A stretch of 64,000 bases of DNA, from positions 5,381 through 69,380 of the IMG/VR virus record IMGVR_UViG_3300032291_002944. One strand, written 5' to 3'. The position numbers and the translations under genes were made by a program. The notes under the pieces were generated by a model. It searched no databases, had not been told where the DNA came from, and saw only the letters and a program-made list of their open reading frames with translations. The DNA comes from a virus. This document shows positions 57,429-64,000 of this stretch, piece after piece. Within the stretch, counting starts at the first letter, position 1; each line of letters opens with the position of its first letter.

Positions 57429-58067
57429 TTAAGATAATTTTTTAATTTTAGTTACCTTACCTTCAAAAACGTGCTTACCAACTTTGAAACTGAATATTTC
57501 ATTAGACTTTTCAGTACTCTCAGCAATTAAACCGTTTTCTGATAAAGCATCCTTAACCGCTTCCTTAATCATCTTTTGAATTAACTTATAATCTATAGAT
57601 GATGTTGTAGGTTGTGTTTGAGGTTTTGATTGAGGTGCCTGAGCTGTTTGAGGTTTTGCGGAGTCTGGTAAATAATTACTCCCATTTTCTTTCATTAATC
57701 TTGATGCTCTTTCAATCAAGTCATCTGATAATGTTGCGGTTTGTTGTTGAGGTTGCGCAATTGGATGTTCCATCATTAATTTCTTAATTTCATCAGGAAG
57801 TCTAGAATTTTTAATAGCATCAACTGTTGGATTACCTACAGGTTTTGTATTAACTCTTGGAGCTTCAGATAAATAAGGTTGCATAACTTGCCCTTGTTGA
57901 GGTGATTCTTGTAAGAATTCTTGAGGAATATTATATTTTGCTTGAGGTATATCAAACTCTGGCGTTAACATTTGATTAGACTGTGGTCTATAGTTACTTT
58001 TAGAAAGTCCTTCTGTTTTGTCCATTATGGCTTTAGACGCCATAAGTTTTTGCATTAATTGGTCCAT
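57429..58067 (-). CDS. Hypothetical Gln/Pro-rich protein
   Basis: 212 aa ORF containing IQKMIKEAVKDALSE. Confidence 0.65.
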   Translation of the reverse strand: MDQLMQKLMASKAIMDKTEGLSKSNYRPQSNQMLTPEFDIPQAKYNIPQEFLQESPQQGQVMQPYLSEAPRVNTKPVGNPTVDAIKNSRLPDEIKKLMMEHPIAQPQQQTATLSDDLIERASRLMKENGSNYLPDSAKPQTAQAPQSKPQTQPTTSSIDYKLIQKMIKEAVKDALSENGLIAESTEKSNEIFSFKVGKHVFEGKVTKIKKLS

Positions 58068-58076
58068 GTTTTAAAA

Positions 58077-58502
58077 TTAAACTGTTTGTTGTTCTGGGGT
58101 TGGAGGTGTGACTGGATTATTATCAAACTTTGCAATTGTAATAATACTAGTCATGCTCTTATCCCCATTAAAATTATAACCTGGGTGTGGTTGATTGTAA
58201 ACCTCACCAGTAGGTTTCAAGGATAAGATTTTATCTAATCTAAATAATCTCCATCCTGGTAATGGTTTTTCACCTTTATATGCGGTGTGGGATGCTCCTT
58301 CACGGTCCCAGCCTCTCATCACTAAATTACCTGCTTTACTTTTACCTAAAGCAACTGGCTCAACTTCACGTATACCTCTACCACCTGGCTCATCACCATC
58401 ATAGTAAATTGTAATAACTTGCTTTTTATTGACCGCGTCTTGTACACTACCAATAGATGCAATTTCACAAAGTAATCCTTTTAATGACTCTTGAAGTTTC
58501 AT
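58077..58502 (-). CDS. Stand-alone WYL domain protein
   Basis: VITIYY, REVEPVALG, VMRGW and WRLFRLDKI motifs; no HTH domain. Confidence 0.8.
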   Translation of the reverse strand: MKLQESLKGLLCEIASIGSVQDAVNKKQVITIYYDGDEPGGRGIREVEPVALGKSKAGNLVMRGWDREGASHTAYKGEKPLPGWRLFRLDKILSLKPTGEVYNQPHPGYNFNGDKSMTSIITIAKFDNNPVTPPTPEQQTV

Positions 58503-58795
58503 TAGAAATTAGGGTAAGGTTTTGATGAGTTAAATTTATTAATTTTAATTTCATTTTTTCTTTCTACAACGTCAGTAATAGTTCCTGCTGCAGTATTATA
58601 TACGTCAAGAAAAACACCAGTACCTCTACCCATAGCGTCACCATCAGCTAAAGCGTCTTGATTAGTAACTGAATATGGATTTCCAGCTTCGTTAAAATCA
58701 TTTTTAGGGATAAGTCTTGCTCTCTCTTGGTCTGCAATTGCAGTAAGAGCGTTTGGTTCATTCTGACTTAAATCAATCGTTAATTCGTTTGCCAT
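58502..58795 (-). CDS. Hypothetical protein
   Basis: 97 aa ORF coupled to its neighbours. Confidence 0.65.
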   Translation of the reverse strand: MANELTIDLSQNEPNALTAIADQERARLIPKNDFNEAGNPYSVTNQDALADGDAMGRGTGVFLDVYNTAAGTITDVVERKNEIKINKFNSSKPYPNF

Positions 58796-58799
58796 AATT

Positions 58800-59267
58800 T
58801 TATAGTTTTGACATTATTTCATTTATTCTTTTTAGGCTTTCAGTAACAGCAACATCGTACTTGTCAGTTGTTTTTAAATGTTTTTGAGATGTTCTTACAT
58901 TTGTAAAATCTTTTTTCTCGTGAGGGTCCAAGAATTGATTTTGCATTCCTGTATTCATTTTGTTGGTTTTGGTCATCTTAATATAATCCCTCATTCGTCT
59001 CAACTCATTGTCAACCCAATTTTTAATTTCAACTCCTCCATTTAAAATAAATGGTAGTTCTTCTTCGTTTCCTTTGAAATTATCAAAAAAGTTTTTAATT
59101 CTTTTGAGTTGTTTATATGAAATAAATTTTTGATTTTGAAGTTCTTTATTTCTAAGGTAACCTTCAGTATCGGCGTCTGCTCCAACGGCTTTATTAAAAC
59201 ATATTTTCATATGTCTTCTTTTATCCGAAGGGAATTCAATTTCTTTATCGTATAAACTACTATTCAC
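58800..59267 (-). CDS. Hypothetical protein
   Basis: 155 aa ORF with ISYKQLKRIKNFF..NGG and a C-terminal VTESLKRINEIM. Confidence 0.65.
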   Translation of the reverse strand: MNSSLYDKEIEFPSDKRRHMKICFNKAVGADADTEGYLRNKELQNQKFISYKQLKRIKNFFDNFKGNEEELPFILNGGVEIKNWVDNELRRMRDYIKMTKTNKMNTGMQNQFLDPHEKKDFTNVRTSQKHLKTTDKYDVAVTESLKRINEIMSKL

Positions 59268-60093
59268 CTTTTTTTATAAGTTTAATTAAGTCTTCCTTTG
59301 AGAATCCATTTTTTTCAACATGATTCAAAAGAGATTTTAAATTTTTTCTAATTAATAACGGTAATTCGTCAATGTTTTTTGGGAGTTCTTTTTTTCCAAC
59401 TTCAGAATTGTCTGAATTTTTTTTACCCATCAAAATATCTTCAACAACTTTAATCATTTTTTGTTTTTGAATTTCAGAAAGAGTTGCTCTTGTTATAAAA
59501 TTCTTGTCGTGGTAATATTTTGATTTTTTATCTTTTTCACCTGAAGGGTCTTTACCTTGTTGTTTTGTTCTTTCTTTAGCATCATCTGGTTCTAAATTCA
59601 TTTTTTTAACCAAATATTTGTAAGTTTCAGGTCCATCCATATCTTCAGTTTCTTCATAACCAAATGCTCCTGATAAATCAATTTCATTTACTTCTTCTTC
59701 AACAGACTCACCATAATAAGTTCTATAACCACGAGAAATAGGGTCATTAGTAATTCTAGCAGCAGCGACAGTTTGGTCCATTGTCTTTTTTGGATGTAAC
59801 TTAGGGTCTAAAATTGGTATTTTTGAATTAGACAACGCACCATCCAAATTAACTAATTCTTCTAAATCTTTCTTAACTCCTTTAGTTGTTTTAATTTTTT
59901 TCTCTTTAGCAATTTTTTTAATGTGATTTTTCACTTTCTCTCCATCTTTTTTGGCGAAGTGAATAACCTCATCTTTTTTACGCGCTTCTGTCAAAGTTCC
60001 CTCTACAGAGAAATATAATGAGTATTTGTCTCCTTTGTCTCTAAGGAAAAAATAATATGGTGATGAGTAAAATTCTGAATCTGTTGAAATCAT
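59260..60093 (-). CDS. Hypothetical putative head protein
   Basis: 277 aa ORF with LTE/VNE/LSE motifs; late motif at 60109. Confidence 0.6.
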   Translation of the reverse strand: MISTDSEFYSSPYYFFLRDKGDKYSLYFSVEGTLTEARKKDEVIHFAKKDGEKVKNHIKKIAKEKKIKTTKGVKKDLEELVNLDGALSNSKIPILDPKLHPKKTMDQTVAAARITNDPISRGYRTYYGESVEEEVNEIDLSGAFGYEETEDMDGPETYKYLVKKMNLEPDDAKERTKQQGKDPSGEKDKKSKYYHDKNFITRATLSEIQKQKMIKVVEDILMGKKNSDNSEVGKKELPKNIDELPLLIRKNLKSLLNHVEKNGFSKEDLIKLIKKGE

Positions 60094-60108
60094 CTCTATT
60101 TTTTATTC

Positions 60109-60137
60109 TATAAATACTAGGATATAAGGTATTTATC
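60109..60137. promoter_or_regulatory. Back-to-back pair of putative late promoters
   Basis: TATAAATA at 60109-60116 (reads TATTTATA on the minus strand) and TATTTATC at 60130-60137 (+), each facing its own divergent gene. Confidence 0.7.
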
Positions 60138-60145
60138 AATAGTCT

Positions 60146-62347
60146 ATGGCATATCAAAATATAAATCAGTATAATTTTAGAAAATTTGGTCTAAAACCTG
60201 TTAATGAAATAACAGATATTTGTCTAGCGTCTGATGAAAAAGACTACGACCAAGAGGTAGTTTTTTCTCCTTTATTAATCGGAGAGGACGATGGTAACAG
60301 AATGCCTTTTAAATTTGACTTTAATAGTTCAGCCACAACTGTATGTCAAACATCCGCTTGTACTTTTGATAATAATACAATAGTTTCTGAAAATTATTGG
60401 AATCCATTATTTATTGACCCTAACTTTTGTCCTGTTGTTACAGAATTATGTGATGTTGGATTAACAGGAATTGATAATGGTTTAGTTTCTCAAATGTCAG
60501 GTGAGACTATTGAAATAACCACAGGTTTATATACAACTGAGTCGGACAAATTTAGTAGATACAAATATGATAGGAGAATGAAATTACATCCTATTACTGG
60601 TTTTACAACAACTGAAAATAGATTATGGGATGACAACTCCTATAACTACGACATGTATTATGCGACAGATGGTAATCCTGTTGGATATTTTTCAAGATTA
60701 GACGGAGGATTCTATCAAGGATTCTATAAGATTGCAGGATATGACTATCAAGTTTTTCCTGAAAGAGTTAATTTAGGATGGACAACTGAGTTCATGTTAA
60801 GATATAGATGGACAGGAGATACTTCAGTTGGTCTGAATGCAAGATACCCTAATAATAAAGGAACATTCTTTTATATGGGGGCAAGAGCCGAGAATAAGTT
60901 TTACCATTATGCAGATGGTGAACCAAAACAAGATACGGGTTATACAAGAGTTACATCAGGTTTAACTTGTATGCACACTTGTGGTTGTGCTAGCACTGCC
61001 AACACATCATCAGAATGTTTACAAGTGTATCAACCATCGGGTGGTACAATAACTCACTGTACTTGTGGTTGTCCTTGTGATTGTACAACAACTGCAAAAT
61101 ATCCTGAGAAAGACCCACTGTATGATGAGGTATCAAATGCGTTGTCATTAAGACTTAGTGGTGATACTGGTAACCCACGACTATGTGTTAAGACATATAG
61201 AATAACAGGTGGATGTGAATATAGTGGAGTTTGTTTGACTGGATTAACATATCAAACAGGAACTTCAGTTACTGAATGGTGTTCTACAAGAGGTATATTT
61301 GATGAATGTAGTGGAACGACTTATCCTAATGTTGAACACTGGGCTCAGATTGACGCAGTATTTCAAAGATATGAATGGTTGGATACTTGTGACTTATACG
61401 ATAAAGGTGGGTTGGGTCTACTTGTCAAAGATACATATTTTGCAACAATTGAAGATAGAAGTGTTACTTTAATTGAACCACCGTTAACTCACGAACAACC
61501 GTATGACCCAGCAAGTACTGAAGTTGTTACGTTTAACGATATGTGGACGGTAGAACAAAAGTACAGATTAGGTACTCTTAAGTTCTATGTTAACGGTAAA
61601 TTGTTTATGGTTGCGGAAAACTTTGAAGAAATTATTCCGAGATTATTAAATGTTGAAAAAGAAAAACAAATAGGTGTCGGTTATAACATTTCAATTGGAG
61701 GAGGTACTCAAGGTCTTCATGACAACTTAACATTCTCAGGAGGGTGTCCTGCTGAGTTAAGTGGACTTACTTACCAACAAGACCCTGAATCTTTAACAAC
61801 TTATGACTTAGACCATACAATATATTCAGGTCTTACAACTCAAATTAAATTAGAAGAATATTTTGGGGGTAGTATGATTGGTGACATCAGTGCATTTAGA
61901 ATGTATACTGAGCCATTGAATGCCTCTCAAATTAGACATAATTTTAAAATTCAAAAGAGTAAGTATAATTTACTTGACCCTAATTGTATTAATTGTAGAA
62001 TTACAATTCCAAATAACGATTTGTCATACGTTTCAGTCCCTTGTCCGTCACTAACATACGAATTAATTCCAGTAGGAGACTTAATGTATAATAATATTCC
62101 ATTAAGTAATTTAGAAAGTTTAGATATACCTATTGGTGAATTATTATATAATATTATCCCATCAAATAATTTAGAAAGTTTAGACATTCCTATTGGAGAC
62201 TTAATCTATGATAATATTCCATCAAACAATCTAGAAAGTTTAGATATTCCTATTGGAGACTTATTATATAATACTATTCCATCAAATAATTTAGAAAATT
62301 TAGATATACCTAATGGAGACTTATTTTATACAATAATTCAAAATTAA
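60146..62347 (+). CDS. Virion structural protein with LamG-like features, Cys-rich insert and C-terminal repeats
   Basis: GTLKFYVNGKL, ISIGGGTQGL and GDISAFRMYTEPL motifs, a CTCGCPCDC cluster, and 20-aa repeats at the C-terminus. Confidence 0.7.
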   Translation: MAYQNINQYNFRKFGLKPVNEITDICLASDEKDYDQEVVFSPLLIGEDDGNRMPFKFDFNSSATTVCQTSACTFDNNTIVSENYWNPLFIDPNFCPVVTELCDVGLTGIDNGLVSQMSGETIEITTGLYTTESDKFSRYKYDRRMKLHPITGFTTTENRLWDDNSYNYDMYYATDGNPVGYFSRLDGGFYQGFYKIAGYDYQVFPERVNLGWTTEFMLRYRWTGDTSVGLNARYPNNKGTFFYMGARAENKFYHYADGEPKQDTGYTRVTSGLTCMHTCGCASTANTSSECLQVYQPSGGTITHCTCGCPCDCTTTAKYPEKDPLYDEVSNALSLRLSGDTGNPRLCVKTYRITGGCEYSGVCLTGLTYQTGTSVTEWCSTRGIFDECSGTTYPNVEHWAQIDAVFQRYEWLDTCDLYDKGGLGLLVKDTYFATIEDRSVTLIEPPLTHEQPYDPASTEVVTFNDMWTVEQKYRLGTLKFYVNGKLFMVAENFEEIIPRLLNVEKEKQIGVGYNISIGGGTQGLHDNLTFSGGCPAELSGLTYQQDPESLTTYDLDHTIYSGLTTQIKLEEYFGGSMIGDISAFRMYTEPLNASQIRHNFKIQKSKYNLLDPNCINCRITIPNNDLSYVSVPCPSLTYELIPVGDLMYNNIPLSNLESLDIPIGELLYNIIPSNNLESLDIPIGDLIYDNIPSNNLESLDIPIGDLLYNTIPSNNLENLDIPNGDLFYTIIQN
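62066..62340 (+). repeat. 60-bp tandem repeat (~4.5 copies, 30-bp sub-period), in frame
   Basis: Lines starting at 62101, 62161, 62221 and 62281 align in register; unit peptide IPIGDLLYNIIPSNNLESLD. Confidence 0.92.
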
Positions 62348-62379
62348 TAAAATAAAGATATATTTATAAATAAAAAATT

Positions 62380-63459
62380 ATGTCAACAATAGAAGGAGTT
62401 AGAATCACAAGTAACAGTTTAATAGGAAAAACATCAAATCCTACTGTTTTTAGACCAGTAACTGGAGGAACAATTAGTTTAGGTTCGCAAATAGTTCCAT
62501 TTAATTATTATTCAGAATATCCATATGGAGAATATGATTTATTTATTACAGAATATCAAACAGATTATACTATAACAGTACCCGAACCAGCGCCAGCCCA
62601 ATCAGCATATACTGAAACCGTTAATTTAACATTCACAGGTTCTGTTTTATCTAGTTTTTGGGGTTCGTATACTACTGGATTTATGCAATCATTAGGGTTT
62701 GCTCCTGAAGATATTGTATATGCCGAAGGAATTTGTTCTGATGACGTTGATGCACCAATAGTACAAGGAGTTAGTAATATCGGACAATTTCCGACATCGG
62801 CAAACTCTCTTCTTGGCCCATTTATGTCAGGAGGTTTGGCTGGTTATCCATTTGTTGGCCAAGTTGGTTTGGGCGCGTGGGCAAGTCATATAACAACAGG
62901 TTCAACAATTTCTGGAGGAACATTATTTATTTCAAGTACACCACATATTGGAATTACTCTTGATGGTGATGTAGGTTACATCTATCGTAAAGGTAATGTT
63001 AGTGGAACTACTTTGTCCTCAACTTGCGGTGCGGTTGCAGGGGCGGTTGCTCAAGTTATTGCAACAGGAGCAACACAACCAAATTTTTCATCTTGGTCAG
63101 GAACTGGAGATTATGAATTTTATTATCTTCAAAATATTTTATGGCCTGAAAGAGCAACTCTATCGGCAATGACATATGGGGATAGTATGGCATATGCCAC
63201 AAGAGTTATTAGAAATAGTGCTAATCAATTTTTATTTGATTACTTACCAGCGGCGGTTACAGGAGGAACATTATCCGCTTTAGGATATGTTAGTGAAAAT
63301 CCAGTGTACTTGTGTAATGGTATTTTTATAAATACGGATTATGGATATGAATCTTATGTTCAAGTTGATGGGTTTTCCGCTTGGACATGGAACAATATAA
63401 CGTCTGCAGGTACTTGGACTGATTTAACTTCTGATTATCTTTCAGGATTATTAAATTAA
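62380..63459 (+). CDS. LCIB/theta-type carbonic anhydrase-like domain fused to an N-terminal virion-type module
   Basis: GICSDD (C119, D121), GPFMSGGLAGYPFVG, ASH, PHIGI (H189), GDVG..YRKG, TCGA (C216) and GIFIN match the LCIB/C family motif order. Confidence 0.8.
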   Translation: MSTIEGVRITSNSLIGKTSNPTVFRPVTGGTISLGSQIVPFNYYSEYPYGEYDLFITEYQTDYTITVPEPAPAQSAYTETVNLTFTGSVLSSFWGSYTTGFMQSLGFAPEDIVYAEGICSDDVDAPIVQGVSNIGQFPTSANSLLGPFMSGGLAGYPFVGQVGLGAWASHITTGSTISGGTLFISSTPHIGITLDGDVGYIYRKGNVSGTTLSSTCGAVAGAVAQVIATGATQPNFSSWSGTGDYEFYYLQNILWPERATLSAMTYGDSMAYATRVIRNSANQFLFDYLPAAVTGGTLSALGYVSENPVYLCNGIFINTDYGYESYVQVDGFSAWTWNNITSAGTWTDLTSDYLSGLLN

Positions 63460-63501
63460 TATTATACCATAAATTGTAATTATTTTAGAATAACAAAATA
63501 T

Positions 63502-63537
63502 AATACCGTACAGTAATCTTATTGTACGGTATTTTTA
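63502..63537 (+). terminator. Intrinsic terminator
   Basis: AATACCGTACA...TGTACGGTATT hairpin followed by a T-tract. Confidence 0.75.
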
Positions 63538-63603
63538 TTTAACCGTTTTTTTTAGTATAGATTTGTTATCAACAATAATATAAAATTTTGAGTATTTATT
63601 AAT

Positions 63604-64000
63604 ATGGCAGATTGTGGTGTATTAATTTCAAGTGTAAATTTAAGCGGGTTAACAACTGAAGTTACTTTCTTTCCTGAAACAGGAGGAACGGTTAATTTAG
63701 GTAATCAAGTAATACCATTTACGTATTATTCAAGTTATTATTATGGAACATATAGTTGTTATGTACCAACTTATAACCACACATATGATTTGGTAATTTT
63801 AGGGCCAACACCAACTCCAACGGTAACAACAACTTCAACGCCAACTAATACTGTAACACCAACAAATACTCAAACGTCCACAATAACACCAACTCAAACA
63901 AATACTGGTACGCCAACAAGTACACCAACTCAAACACCTTCAGTTACTATAGGTATAACACCAACTCAAACGCCAAGTAACACTCAAACACCATCAAATA
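63604..64000 (+). CDS. Thr/Pro-rich virion-type protein, runs off the window
   Basis: Not in the ORF track; hand translation gives MADCGVLISSVNLSGLTTEVTFFPETGGTVNLGNQVIPFTYYSSYYYGTYSCYVPTYNHTYDLVILGPTPTPTV... Late motif at 63593. Confidence 0.8.
   Translation, partial: MADCGVLISSVNLSGLTTEVTFFPETGGTVNLGNQVIPFTYYSSYYYGTYSCYVPTYNHTYDLVILGPTPTPTVTTTSTPTNTVTPTNTQTSTITPTQTNTGTPTSTPTQTPSVTIGITPTQTPSNTQTPSN

Noticed and set aside
62066-62340. Tandem repeat as a CRISPR array or DGR template
   Set aside because: The units are contiguous and in frame with no unique spacers, and there is no cas or reverse transcriptase gene in the window.
1-64000. Stop-codon reassignment as seen in some large phages
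   Set aside because: Core genes are full length in the standard code, coding density is high, and TAG and TGA both end genes (for example 11043 and 4289).

Overview
This window is an AT-rich segment of a large T4-like (myovirus-type) jumbo phage genome in the standard genetic code. The host is most likely in Bacteroidota, judging from a Bacteroidota-type bS21, a SusC-like TonB-dependent receptor with a Gln+1 signal peptide, a DUF4494-like gene, TAnnTTTG promoters and the absence of Shine-Dalgarno sites. From left to right it contains: (i) a host-interaction and proteostasis block (TonB-dependent receptor, tRNA-Glu, tmRNA, peptidases, an N-domain-less ClpC divergent from a tandem-UVR protein); (ii) the head module (terminase, portal, bS21, prohead protease, scaffold, major capsid protein); (iii) baseplate-like genes and a gp55-like sigma factor; (iv) a ~22 kb sugar-synthesis, glycosyltransferase and methyltransferase cluster with phoH, nadE, dut and an exonuclease; (v) further late genes, including a stand-alone WYL protein and a theta/LCIB-type carbonic anhydrase domain fused to a virion-type N-terminal module. 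The most interesting signals are a candidate virion glycosylation system (GT cluster, Thr/Pro mucin-like tracts and a strongly enriched [S/T]-G-x-T motif in structural proteins), the late-expressed carbonic anhydrase fusion, and a possible phage-specific degradation circuit (extended tmRNA tag, ClpC lacking its N-domain, UVR adaptor). All protein calls come from motif recognition by eye; no database searches were run.
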